NCBI GenBank assembly: GCA_030152275.1
Contig: JASLHF010000027.1
Location: 332 to 64,331, forward strand
From: Acinetobacter sp.
GTDB lineage: Bacteria; Pseudomonadota; Gammaproteobacteria; Pseudomonadales; Moraxellaceae
Reading direction: 5' to 3'
Length of the DNA stretch: 64,000 nt
Below are positions 28,346-38,569 of the stretch, piece after piece (the first letter of the stretch is position 1; the number at the start of each line of letters is the position of its first letter). Position numbers and translations under genes: made by a program. The notes under the pieces were generated by a model that saw only the letters and a program-made list of their open reading frames with translations, did no database searches and was not told where the DNA came from.

Positions 28346-28766
28346 AGATAATTTCTTTGCTGTGCGTAGTGAAATTGAGGAAAAGCTGAAAGAAATTACA
28401 GATTTCAAGAAGATCTATACACCAGCTAATTCTGCAAAAGTTACCGAGCTTTCACAAGCTACCCCAAATGCTCAGATTTATTATCGCCGTGTCAGAAAAT
28501 CCGATGATGCCGGCCGGTCATCAATGCTGAGTTTGGTCCAACAATGGGAAGTCACGATTTGTGAGCGTCATGCTGCTTCACAGCACAAAGATGGCTCAGC
28601 TGTATTGGATCGTGTAGGAAAATTAACCATGAAAGTTTTAAAGCTTTTATCGGGATGGAGGCCTGAGTCTAGTACGCGCCCGTTAAGCATGGTAGCGATT
28701 GAGGAAGACTACTCACCAACGTGTGTATATATCACCTTGGTGTTTGAATCAAAAATGTTTGTATAG
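28335..28766 (+). CDS. Tail terminator-like protein
   Basis: Position before tail tube; L.GWRP motif. Confidence 0.65.
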   Translation: MTDEDNFFAVRSEIEEKLKEITDFKKIYTPANSAKVTELSQATPNAQIYYRRVRKSDDAGRSSMLSLVQQWEVTICERHAASQHKDGSAVLDRVGKLTMKVLKLLSGWRPESSTRPLSMVAIEEDYSPTCVYITLVFESKMFV

Positions 28767-28775
28767 GAGCCATTC

Positions 28776-28958
28776 ATGGCCAAACAATATAAAGCCCGGC
28801 AACCTGTCGGGCGTTTTAATTCAGGGGACATCGTTGGTGGTTTAAGCGAATCCCAAATTCAGAATCTGCTGCAGCGTGGTGTGATTGAAGTGGATAAAAA
28901 ACCTAGCCAGGCCAAAGTAACCCAAGCCAAAAAAGAAGAGGTGAAAACCGATGGCTAA
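28776..28958 (+). CDS. Small tail-region protein
   Basis: AGGAG RBS; overlaps the tail tube start. Confidence 0.6.
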   Translation: MAKQYKARQPVGRFNSGDIVGGLSESQIQNLLQRGVIEVDKKPSQAKVTQAKKEEVKTDG

Positions 28959-29685
28959 AAACTATATTTCTCTGCAGGGTAAATTCTATTTATCTGAAAT
29001 CGCTAATGGTGTTGCTGGTGCAATGCGTCATATCGGGAACGTACCTGAGTTCGAGCTTGAAATCACAACTGATCAGGTTGAACACCAGGAAAGCACATCT
29101 GGTCAGCGTACGACAGATTTTGTACTAACAAAGACCACCGGTGTGAACTTCTCAGGGCAACTTGAAGAAGTGGATGAAGCAAATCTTCAGTATATTCTTT
29201 CAGGTATGAAGTCTGATGTTACCTCTGATACGAAGACTGATCAGGCATTAGGCACAGTGAAAGCCGGTGAAGAAATCAAGCTTGATGGTTACAGCCTTAC
29301 TACTGTTTCATTTACAGCTGGATCTTCGGCAGTGGATGAAAGCAAATATGACTTAGATGCTGTATTTGGTACCGTCATCTTTAAAGAAGCAATTGCTGAG
29401 CCAGTCACAGCAACGTACACCACAGGTGCCGTAACACACACCACCATTGCGAGTGATTTCAATAAAGAATATGAACTGTTCTTTAAAGGGATTAACACAG
29501 CAACAGGAGACAATATGGCTGTTCGCTTATGGCGTACGAAGAAGTCACCAGAGACAACGTTCCCTCTAATCCATGAAGATCTTGGCCAATATGAAATATC
29601 AGGTCAGGCATTATCGGATGTAAGCAAAGGTACGGATGAAACACTTGGTTTATACGGCCATGTGGTAACAATTCCAAAAGCTTAA
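28951..29685 (+). CDS. Major tail tube protein
   Basis: Position; IGNVPEFEL...EH.ES.SG.R..D; no sheath gene found. Confidence 0.78.
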   Translation: MAKNYISLQGKFYLSEIANGVAGAMRHIGNVPEFELEITTDQVEHQESTSGQRTTDFVLTKTTGVNFSGQLEEVDEANLQYILSGMKSDVTSDTKTDQALGTVKAGEEIKLDGYSLTTVSFTAGSSAVDESKYDLDAVFGTVIFKEAIAEPVTATYTTGAVTHTTIASDFNKEYELFFKGINTATGDNMAVRLWRTKKSPETTFPLIHEDLGQYEISGQALSDVSKGTDETLGLYGHVVTIPKA

Positions 29686-29757
29686 ACCACTCAGGCACAA
29701 AGAATCTCCACGGCGCTTAAGCGTCTTTTTTTGTGCCTGAATTTTAGAGATTCAATC

Positions 29758-30342
29758 ATGAATGAGTTTTTTTTAGCGAATAATCGAAGCATTACAATTG
29801 GCGATATCACTATCCATCAATTGCAGATGTATGATTTTGATGAATGGTCTCCTCATGCCAAGGCAATTAAATATTTTCTAAGAACTCATTCAGATGAGAT
29901 TTATAAATCGCTCTTAAAGGACGAAACAAGCCATGTTTTTGCATTTATGAGCAAAACCACTCAGTTAGAAGAAAGTACGTTAATTTCTAAGGCTGAGGCC
30001 TCAGAATCTGCTTTTATTGCACTGCTTGTAGCTTCAATCAAAGTGAATGATGCATTCTTTAGTGAGAAAGATGCAAAACCTAAACGCGGTCGGCAATCAC
30101 AAAACAGCAAGCCTGTTAAATCGGCTTGGTTTGAATCATTTCAGATTTTGGTCAGTGCCGGGCATCGGCCTGGTGATATCATGCAGATGACATATGGGGC
30201 ATTTTTTGAATATCTAAAAGCTGCTCAAAAGATCCAGGCCATGAAAATGCGAGTGCATACGAATCTAATGCGTTCTGCTCAGCATGCAAATGCTAAAGCC
30301 TTTAAACAATTAATGGATGAGCTAAAACTGAGCGAAGATTAA
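29758..30342 (+). CDS. Tail assembly chaperone-like protein
   Basis: Between tail tube and tape measure genes. Confidence 0.6.
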   Translation: MNEFFLANNRSITIGDITIHQLQMYDFDEWSPHAKAIKYFLRTHSDEIYKSLLKDETSHVFAFMSKTTQLEESTLISKAEASESAFIALLVASIKVNDAFFSEKDAKPKRGRQSQNSKPVKSAWFESFQILVSAGHRPGDIMQMTYGAFFEYLKAAQKIQAMKMRVHTNLMRSAQHANAKAFKQLMDELKLSED

Positions 30343-30406
30343 GCATTGTTATGTGGAATTGATCACTGTAATATCCAGTAAATACTTTAAAATATTGGGG
30401 AATATA

Positions 30407-30685
30407 GTGAAAAAAATACTTATTGCTGCAACTTTGATGTCTGCTTTTACTTTTGCTAATGCCAATCTTACTAATGCCAGTATTAACGGTGAACGTGTTC
30501 GAATAGGTGACAGCTTCGGTCAGATTGCTGGCAAGCTGGGTCAACCTGCATCGACTTATGACTACACCAAGAATGTGAATGGTCAAGAAACACCAGTACG
30601 TGAAGTGAGTTATTCAAGCGATGGTAAGACATATACGATTACTATTGAAAATGGCAAAGTAGCGAATATTAAGACTTCGCGTTGA
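30407..30685 (+). CDS. Secreted moron protein (DUF2845-like)
   Basis: Signal peptide ending ANA; VRIGDS...KLGQP...ENGKV. Confidence 0.65.
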   Translation: MKKILIAATLMSAFTFANANLTNASINGERVRIGDSFGQIAGKLGQPASTYDYTKNVNGQETPVREVSYSSDGKTYTITIENGKVANIKTSR

Positions 30686-30695
30686 GGGTTAAGGA

Positions 30696-30923
30696 ATGGC
30701 AACAAAAGTAGCGCAACAAATGATGTTTTGTAAGACTTGCGGAAAGCAAACACTGCATCATAAAAACATTAAAGAAATGAGCTGGTTGATGCATTTAGTA
30801 TTAACGATTTTTACTGCAGGGGTTTGGCTAATCGTTTGGGCGATAATGTTTTTATGGCACATGATTGCGAAGCCCGCATCCGCAGTGGCAAATAGATGGA
30901 TTTGTTCACAATGTGGTAAATAA
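30696..30923 (+). CDS. Membrane protein with split CxxC zinc ribbon
   Basis: CKTC - TM hairpin - CSQC; followed by two terminator hairpins. Confidence 0.65.
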   Translation: MATKVAQQMMFCKTCGKQTLHHKNIKEMSWLMHLVLTIFTAGVWLIVWAIMFLWHMIAKPASAVANRWICSQCGK

Positions 30924-31011
30924 AATTTAAAAGGCACCTCCAGGTGCTTTTTTATTCCCCAGTCTACCCGCTAATTAGCGGGTTTTTTATCACTTGAATT
31001 TCGAGGTTGCC

Positions 31012-34000
31012 ATGTCTGGTAAAAATTTAACATTCAAATTAATCATGGACGGCGACAGCAAAGGCCTAGTAGCTGCTGCAAAGCAATCGGAAGATGTTAC
31101 AAAGAAAGTATTCGAAACAATTAGAGCTGAAGCGAAAAATATTCAAGTGGATGCCTTGGTTGGAGAGCTCAGTAAGGCTACAAAAGAAATTAGTGACCTT
31201 GGCGATAAAAGCACAGTAAGTGCAAGTCAGTTCCGTGACATGTCTATGAAAAGCCAACAAATGATTGGCGCATTGAACACCGAACTTGTAACTGCCCAGG
31301 CCGAGCTTGTTGAGTTATCTCAAACCAAGGCCACACCATCAGATATTCAAAATGCTGTAAATCGCGTTGCTGATCTTAAATCGTCTATTCAAAGTGTTGA
31401 GGCGGCATTTGGTATTTATGAAGCAACTGCTACTAATGCCATGATTGGTGTTGATAAGGCAGCAAGTAAAACTATCTCTGAAGTGCAAAAATTTACCTCA
31501 GTTGATTTGACTAATATTGTGTCTGAAGCCCAAAGTGCGACTCGTGCAATTGACAGCATGGGAGATGGTGCTGTTGTTTCTACAAAGGAAATTGAAAGAA
31601 TTGGGCAGTTAGGCGCAACAGCAATAGATGCATTACAAAAAGAATTAGCTGCAGCCAATGTAGCCTGGAAAGCATTAGTTGATTCCTCTGATGACGTTTC
31701 ATCAGAGGAATTAACAGCTGCAAAGGCACGTGTTAATGGTTTAGACCAAGCCTTAGAATTAGCTGAAACATCAATGCATGATTTTAGCCAAGCATCGCAG
31801 CAAGCTATTCCGATTGTCGATAATTTGGATCAATCACTTGGTAAAGCAAATCAAGAGCTTGGGGAAACTGAAACCGCGTCTCAGCGTGTATCGCATGAAA
31901 TTCAAGGCTTAAAAACTGGATTCACAACATTAACAGGGGCACTTGCTGCGCTTGGAATTGGTACATCTGCAATGGAAATTGCTCAGACTGCAGATGAATA
32001 TAAAAATTTATCTGGACGTATCAATATTGCGATTGGGGACCATGGCAACTTACAAAAATCCATGGATGATGTCAAAAACGTAGCAATTGCGACTAATTCA
32101 AATTTAACAGCTACAGGTGATTTGTATTCACGACTAACTAAGATTGGTCAGGAGATGAAATGGCCTCAAGAACAGGCTTTAGCTCTTACCGAAACCATTA
32201 ATAAAGCAATTCAAGTAGGTGGTGGATCAGCTGCATCTAATGAAGCAGCTATTACACAGTTAAATCAGGCCTTAGGTTCTGGTGTTCTACGTGGTGATGA
32301 GTTTAACTCAATGGTTGAACAATCACCTCGCTTAACACAAGCAATGGCTGATGGTCTTGGTGTAACGACTGGCAAGCTGCGTGAGATGGCTGGTGAAGGT
32401 AAACTTACAACGGATGTAGTTACTAAAGCCTTACTCAGCCAATCTGAAAAAATTAGTGCTGAATATGCCAAATTCCCAGCAACAATTGGCGCATCAATTG
32501 AGAATTTGAAAACAGCTTGGACTGTATATATTGGTGAGGCAGATGCTGCTACTGGAGCAAGTGAGAAAGTTGCAAATGCCCTGAAATACGTGGCTGAAAA
32601 TCTCGATACCATCGTTTCTACTTTAACTCTAGCTGGCCAAGCTTTCATCGCATACAAAGCACTAAATATCGCTAGCGTATTTCTTGATAAAGCTGCAGGT
32701 GTGAGAGCTGCTTCCACTGCAATTGCGCAAGAAACCACAGTAATGGTTGCAAATACACAAGCGCAGATCGCAAATGCAGCAGCCACACGTGGTGCCGCCG
32801 CAGCCAAAACTCAGCTTGCCGCCAATTCGGCAACAGCAACAACGTCAATGGCAACAACTGGTGGATCAGTTATGACTTTAGTTGGTCGGCTGGGTGCACT
32901 TGGTGTAGCTGTGACTGCTATTGGTGTGTTATTGGGTACAGTGGCTGTTCCAATCGGGACAGCTATTGGGGACGGAATTGCCAAACTTCAAGGGTATGGC
33001 AAAGCATTTGAAGAACTTGAACGTCAAACTGCCCTAGAAACGGCCAGAGCAAAAGTCTCAGCTGAAATTAAAGAGGAGCAGGCAGCTGCAGCTGAAAAAG
33101 CACGCGACAAAACCTACCAACTAACAGAAGAATCTAAAAAACTTGTAGCAGAATTTGAGGAGTTAATTAAAAAAGGAGAACCTACTAAAGACGCTTTAGA
33201 TAAGATTTCTAATGCGATGAAGTTTGATTCTACAAAAGGTATTAATGATTCAATCACAGCCTTAGTTCTTCTCCAGGAACAAGGAAAGATTACAAGTGAA
33301 GATCTTCAGTTAAAACTAAGCCAGGCCTTAGATGGCAAAGACTTACTGGTCTTCGAAACCAATGCTAAAGCTGCATTTGCTGGAACCTCTAAAGAAGCTG
33401 AAAAAGCAGCCGCAATAACTGAAGCTGTGATGAAAGCCTCGCTAGAGCGAACTGGTCTAAGTACTGAACAGCTTAAGGGACGCTTCTCCGCAACTTTTCA
33501 ATCTGCCGCTAATGATGTTCAGATCATCATTGGTAGCCTAGATCAGTATAAACAAAAGGGTATTGATACAGGTCTTGCCTTATCCGCAAATCTTAATAAA
33601 GCAATTGATACAGCGCAGACACGTGCTGAGCTGGATTATGCAAAAAGTAAATTAATTGAGCTTGAAAAGCAGGGCTTAATAACTGGCGAGCAGGTCGCCC
33701 TTGGTTTAACTAAGATTGAGCAGAAAGCCAAACAATTGCCAGCTGCATTAAATCCAGTTCAAGCAGCCTTTAGCGCACTTGGTATACAAACCAAAGAGCA
33801 ATTAAATGATGCTGCGACAAGTGCTCAGCGTAATTTTGATGTAGTAAATAAAAGTGGTCAGGCTACAGCAGATGTAATTAAGCAAGCTTATACGCAAATG
33901 CTCAACGCTACGATTGCAACAGGTGATAAAGCTCAGATTGCAATTGCCCAAGCCAAAGCTGCATCTCTAGGTCTTGAGGTCCAAGTTGATGCTGCGGGTA

Positions 34001-34431
34001 AAGCAACAGTGGCAAAACTTGGAGAAATTCAAGATGCAGCTATTGCTACTCAGCGCAGTGTGCAGCAAGTAAGCCGAAGCACACCATCTGCAGATCATAA
34101 ACCAGCAAATGACGGCTTAGCCGGACAAGACTTTTGGGAAGAGTTTAAAGCTGACCGAGCCAAGATCAATGAAGCGACCAAGGCTCGAATGGCGCTGGTT
34201 AATGGTAAAGGGGGTGGCAACTTTTCACAGCTTGCTGCCAATCCAGCGGTGTCCGCCATGGCTCCATCTGTTGAGCCAGTGGCAATCAATACAGACCCGC
34301 TAGAAGCAACGTCATTTGGCACGGTTCAGGTGGATCTGCGCACAGACGGTGGAACCAAGCAGGTGCAAGTTATGGCCGGCAGTGAACAGAATCTGCTGGA
34401 TGCATTAGCAGAAATGAAAAAACGATCTTAA
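31012..34431 (+). CDS. Tape measure protein
   Basis: Long Ala-rich helical ORF; QL.QALGSGVLRGDEFNS tape-measure motif. Confidence 0.93.
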   Translation: MSGKNLTFKLIMDGDSKGLVAAAKQSEDVTKKVFETIRAEAKNIQVDALVGELSKATKEISDLGDKSTVSASQFRDMSMKSQQMIGALNTELVTAQAELVELSQTKATPSDIQNAVNRVADLKSSIQSVEAAFGIYEATATNAMIGVDKAASKTISEVQKFTSVDLTNIVSEAQSATRAIDSMGDGAVVSTKEIERIGQLGATAIDALQKELAAANVAWKALVDSSDDVSSEELTAAKARVNGLDQALELAETSMHDFSQASQQAIPIVDNLDQSLGKANQELGETETASQRVSHEIQGLKTGFTTLTGALAALGIGTSAMEIAQTADEYKNLSGRINIAIGDHGNLQKSMDDVKNVAIATNSNLTATGDLYSRLTKIGQEMKWPQEQALALTETINKAIQVGGGSAASNEAAITQLNQALGSGVLRGDEFNSMVEQSPRLTQAMADGLGVTTGKLREMAGEGKLTTDVVTKALLSQSEKISAEYAKFPATIGASIENLKTAWTVYIGEADAATGASEKVANALKYVAENLDTIVSTLTLAGQAFIAYKALNIASVFLDKAAGVRAASTAIAQETTVMVANTQAQIANAAATRGAAAAKTQLAANSATATTSMATTGGSVMTLVGRLGALGVAVTAIGVLLGTVAVPIGTAIGDGIAKLQGYGKAFEELERQTALETARAKVSAEIKEEQAAAAEKARDKTYQLTEESKKLVAEFEELIKKGEPTKDALDKISNAMKFDSTKGINDSITALVLLQEQGKITSEDLQLKLSQALDGKDLLVFETNAKAAFAGTSKEAEKAAAITEAVMKASLERTGLSTEQLKGRFSATFQSAANDVQIIIGSLDQYKQKGIDTGLALSANLNKAIDTAQTRAELDYAKSKLIELEKQGLITGEQVALGLTKIEQKAKQLPAALNPVQAAFSALGIQTKEQLNDAATSAQRNFDVVNKSGQATADVIKQAYTQMLNATIATGDKAQIAIAQAKAASLGLEVQVDAAGKATVAKLGEIQDAAIATQRSVQQVSRSTPSADHKPANDGLAGQDFWEEFKADRAKINEATKARMALVNGKGGGNFSQLAANPAVSAMAPSVEPVAINTDPLEATSFGTVQVDLRTDGGTKQVQVMAGSEQNLLDALAEMKKRS

Positions 34432-34473
34432 AAGCCCGCATAACAGCGGGCTTTTTTACATCAAGAGAAAAGC

Positions 34474-34902
34474 ATGAAACTGCAGAAATTAATCGGCGCT
34501 GGATATGTGCCTGAGGGCGAAGCAATTGAGCTGAGCGATGAATTGCTTTGGGCTGATGAGTTCAGCTGGTCCAAAGTTGCTTCGAATGACAGTGAATACA
34601 CTATTGCCGGCGCATTGATTGTAGAGCAGAGCGAAAAACAGGCCGGCCGACCAATCACGCTGGAACGGCCAGATGATAAAACGGGCTGGGCCAAGCGCGG
34701 CACAGTGAAAGCTTTGCATGAGTGGGCCAATTTAAAAGGCCAGCGTTTTCGCCTGACTTTTGAGCGCGGCGGCAGCCGCAGTTTCACGGTGATTTTCAAA
34801 ACATCTCAGCCGCTCAAATCCGAGCCGGTAAAGGGATTCATCGGCACAAACAGTGACGATGAACTGTGGTTCTGCAACTTATATTTTATTGAGGTTGAGT
34901 GA
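34474..34902 (+). CDS. Distal tail protein-like
   Basis: W.DEF.W...GALIV...GRPITL; follows tape measure. Confidence 0.65.
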   Translation: MKLQKLIGAGYVPEGEAIELSDELLWADEFSWSKVASNDSEYTIAGALIVEQSEKQAGRPITLERPDDKTGWAKRGTVKALHEWANLKGQRFRLTFERGGSRSFTVIFKTSQPLKSEPVKGFIGTNSDDELWFCNLYFIEVE

Positions 34903-37900
34903 TGGCAGAAATTAAAAGCGGCGATATCAAGTTAATGAAGTCACAGGTATTGCTTGATACGCCAGACGGCGGCGGCCAAATGACAGCTAATGAAATTACT
35001 GATGGGCAGTCTAATAACCTGTTTCCTGACGTGGATGAAATGGACCGCCTATATGGCCGCGTTGGGCTGCGTAAGTTCTTCCCAGCGATTAAAACCCCGA
35101 TGACACCGACAGCATTCGGTGTGCATGTGATTATTTCACGAATGCCAGCAGACCCGAATGTTTCAGTGAATTTGTTTACAACTAAGAACTGGTTTGACCG
35201 CCGCACGAATGCGCAAAATCAGGTTGAACAGTATTTGGCGCGTGATGTGAAGTGGGAAGGCCATCTTCTTGAACTTCAGCTGCAGGGCCAGCGTTCATTT
35301 CAGTTGTCCTTGAATGAGAACAGTCAAAATATTCCGGCACAGGGTAAAACTGTGGTTTTAGTGGCCAATGAAAATAAGGCTACTGAAAAAGTTCAATTCG
35401 TGCGCGTGACTGAAATTGCGTCGAATGAAGTCCGTGAATTTGAAATCGGCGGCCGTGTAGTAAAGCGGCGTGTCGTAACGTGCGGCATTTCAGATGCGCT
35501 GCGCAGTGATTTTGAAGGACAAACTGTACAGCAATTTATCAACGGCAATACCCCGGTTGCTTTTGTGCGCGATACCCGCGTGGCAGATGCCACAAACTAT
35601 TACGGCATTAAAAAGCTGGTGCAGGATATTCAACTGGGATCAACCAAAATCCAAGTTGATTCTATTTATTCTCAGCTGGTACCGAGTGCGCAAACAGAAA
35701 CCCCGCTGTCTGAAATTGATGCTGCAGGTCAGCTGAATGCGTTGGTTGCTGGCCGTGGATCTGCTTTAACTAAACAATATTCAATTACAGTCAATAACTC
35801 TCAGAACTTCTATTTGGGTTCACCGGTGATGCCGAAAAGCCTGTCATTTACACTATTTGGCAGCGCCATCACGGATGTCGGGGGAGAACTTAAAAATGCG
35901 GCTGGCACAGTAATCGGTACAATTGATTATCAGAATGGCTTAATCAGCTGGAATGCTAACGCAGGAACTGGCGCCGCCACATTTAACTTAAGCTTTATCC
36001 CAGCAGCCAATCCGAGTTTTCCGCAAGAATCAGCGCTGATTTATGTGACAGCTGAAAACCGTGGCTATAACTGGCTGCGCAATATCCTGCCGCTTCCGGC
36101 GCCTGCATCATTGCAGGCATCATACGTGGCACAAGGGAAAGTTTATACATTGCGCGACAATGGTGCTGGCCAGCTGCGCGGTGCAGATTCAGCATACGGA
36201 TCAGGCACAATCAACTATGAAACAGGCGCAATGGTGCTGACGACTGGCGCATTGCCTGATGCTAATACAGCTATTTTGCTAACTTGGGGTAATAAAGTGT
36301 CAGTCTTTGAGCGCGCCAGCCTGCCGGTCAAAAAAGCTTATATTGAGTTTAATTCCGGCACTGACTTTGTGCCAGGCACATTAACTGTGAATTGGTTTTT
36401 AAATGGAGTGGCAAAATCAGCAACTGACGATGGTGCAGGGAACTTCTCTGGTGATGCGACTGGTACGATTAACTATGCTGATGGTGTTGCCAAAATGATG
36501 CCAGCATTATTGCCAAATGGCGGCACAACACTGAATTTGTCCGCTCAAAATGGCAACAAGCTTACGGAAACAGTTTCTGTGGTGCCGAGCAATGGGACTA
36601 TAAATTTTGTGCTCGAGAATGGCAGCCAGGCCCTGATCCCAAAATCAATCCGTGTGCGCGTACCAGTGCGCTCTGAAGACGGCAAATACAGCGGTGAAGT
36701 TGATTTATATGACAGTCCAATTGATGCGGTAACTGGCCGCATCATAACTGCAGCTGGTGTACAGCAGGGCAGCGTGAATTATGCAACCCGCACATTCAGC
36801 ATCGCGCCGTCTTCCAGTGTTGATTCTTATACTTATGAACTTGAAGCTGAAGTTCGCCAAAAAAACCTAGTGAGTGCGATTGCAACATACGATATTACAC
36901 CGCGCAAAGATGTTGTGCGTCAGACAGTCACAATCAAAAAACAGCATGCGCTGAACTTAAGCAATGTCGTCACAGCAGTTTCAATTGCTGTATCGTACCG
37001 TGATACATCTGCAGCGCAATCGCTCACAGATGAAATTGTCATGTCTGTGCTTAAATTTGATGTGACTGAGGGGTATGCGGAGCAGATTCTTGCAGGTTCT
37101 GTACGTTTCGGCCTGGGCAATTCAACATACATTGACCGTATGGGATCAATTTACCGCAATCCATCTGTGACAACCGGCTCGGGCACGGTAGCGGGGCAGA
37201 TCCATTACGGCAACGGCAATATTGAATTAACCGGTTGGGATGCAGGCGCGGCAAACAATCCGGCACTTGAAAGCTTAATCACACAGATTGAGCCGAGCAC
37301 GACTAATCAAGTGTCTTTCCGTGCGCCAATGCTTCCGTTACGTCCACAGTCTTTAACAATCACAGCAACCAAGGTGGAAGGCGGTTTAATCAACGTCATG
37401 CCCGATAAAGACGGCTTTGTAGACACTGCAGACTGTGAGGGGTATTTCAACTTTGACCAAGCTGTGGGGCAGTTCGTATTCCGCAAAAAAGTGCAAATTA
37501 CCGCTGCCAATCGTCCAGAAATTGAGGATCAGCCATGGTATGACGCCGGTATGGAATTTACGGAAAACGGTGTAACGTACATCAATACACCAGTATTTGT
37601 ACTGCCGGAAACGATTCGCTTCAGCGCTGTGGCATTCAGTTATTTGCCGCTGAATGCTGATCTGCTGGGTCTTGATCCTGTGCGCTTACCAAGCGATGGC
37701 CGGGTGCCGATTTTCCGCCGCGGCGATATTGCGGTGATTCACAATACTCAGCGTATTGATGTTGATTCGCCTGTACCGCTGGCATCTTTTAATGTCGGCC
37801 GTATGCGTTTGTCATACATCAAGCTTTATGACAGCACAGGCAAGCCGGTGGACCCGAATATGTATCAAACCGAACCGGATTTGGGAGATGTAACGCTGCT

Positions 37901-38522
37901 GGGCAACTTTGATGCATCCGTATACCAATTACCGATTATTGCAGAGCACCGTATTGAAGATGCGGGTATGTGTCTTGATGTGCAGATTAATGGTGAGTTG
38001 ACGCTGAATATTCCGATCTCCCATACATACAGTGCAGGGCAAACCTATGTTTCATCTGCAATGGTTATTGGAGATATGCAGGCGCGGGCACATACAGTGT
38101 TCAGCCAAGCATCATGGTCAAATGCATGGAAGGATGAGCGTGAAGGCGGTGTGATTAATGCACAGTACAATGATGTGCTGTATCCAATTGTCACGACAAA
38201 TGAGGGCTCCATTCAAGAGCGCTGGGCTTTGATTTTCACCTCAAATACTGATTTCCGAATTGTGGGTGAGAATGTTGGCCAGATCGGTTTAGGTTCAATT
38301 AATGCAGAAGCCGGGCCGCTTAATCCAATTACTGCAAAGCCTTATTTTAAAGTACCTGTGGGCGGTTGGGGGCAAGGCTGGTCGGCAGGAAATGTTCTGC
38401 GTTTTAACACAGCAGCGGCCAATTATCCGATCTGGGCAGCAAGAACGGTGAAACAAGGCCAGTCTGTAGTGATTGATGACTCATTCCAGCTCCAAGTCCG
38501 TTGCGGTGTTGACCGTGCTTAA
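34899..38522 (+). CDS. Large tail tip/baseplate protein
   Basis: 1207 aa, beta-rich, repeated GTI.Y..G motifs. Confidence 0.75.
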   Translation: MMAEIKSGDIKLMKSQVLLDTPDGGGQMTANEITDGQSNNLFPDVDEMDRLYGRVGLRKFFPAIKTPMTPTAFGVHVIISRMPADPNVSVNLFTTKNWFDRRTNAQNQVEQYLARDVKWEGHLLELQLQGQRSFQLSLNENSQNIPAQGKTVVLVANENKATEKVQFVRVTEIASNEVREFEIGGRVVKRRVVTCGISDALRSDFEGQTVQQFINGNTPVAFVRDTRVADATNYYGIKKLVQDIQLGSTKIQVDSIYSQLVPSAQTETPLSEIDAAGQLNALVAGRGSALTKQYSITVNNSQNFYLGSPVMPKSLSFTLFGSAITDVGGELKNAAGTVIGTIDYQNGLISWNANAGTGAATFNLSFIPAANPSFPQESALIYVTAENRGYNWLRNILPLPAPASLQASYVAQGKVYTLRDNGAGQLRGADSAYGSGTINYETGAMVLTTGALPDANTAILLTWGNKVSVFERASLPVKKAYIEFNSGTDFVPGTLTVNWFLNGVAKSATDDGAGNFSGDATGTINYADGVAKMMPALLPNGGTTLNLSAQNGNKLTETVSVVPSNGTINFVLENGSQALIPKSIRVRVPVRSEDGKYSGEVDLYDSPIDAVTGRIITAAGVQQGSVNYATRTFSIAPSSSVDSYTYELEAEVRQKNLVSAIATYDITPRKDVVRQTVTIKKQHALNLSNVVTAVSIAVSYRDTSAAQSLTDEIVMSVLKFDVTEGYAEQILAGSVRFGLGNSTYIDRMGSIYRNPSVTTGSGTVAGQIHYGNGNIELTGWDAGAANNPALESLITQIEPSTTNQVSFRAPMLPLRPQSLTITATKVEGGLINVMPDKDGFVDTADCEGYFNFDQAVGQFVFRKKVQITAANRPEIEDQPWYDAGMEFTENGVTYINTPVFVLPETIRFSAVAFSYLPLNADLLGLDPVRLPSDGRVPIFRRGDIAVIHNTQRIDVDSPVPLASFNVGRMRLSYIKLYDSTGKPVDPNMYQTEPDLGDVTLLGNFDASVYQLPIIAEHRIEDAGMCLDVQINGELTLNIPISHTYSAGQTYVSSAMVIGDMQARAHTVFSQASWSNAWKDEREGGVINAQYNDVLYPIVTTNEGSIQERWALIFTSNTDFRIVGENVGQIGLGSINAEAGPLNPITAKPYFKVPVGGWGQGWSAGNVLRFNTAAANYPIWAARTVKQGQSVVIDDSFQLQVRCGVDRA

Positions 38523-38569
38523 TCAATTTCATGCCACCTCAGGGTGGCTTTTTTTATGGAAGCTTCTTA

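Noticed and set aside
29758..30342. Programmed -1 frameshift in the tail chaperone
   Set aside because: One continuous ORF; no convincing slippery site with a downstream -1 ORF
32265..32857. Long antisense ORFs in the tape measure gene (similar ones in terL, accC, umuC)
   Set aside because: Typical shadows of biased coding sequence; no RBS or motifs
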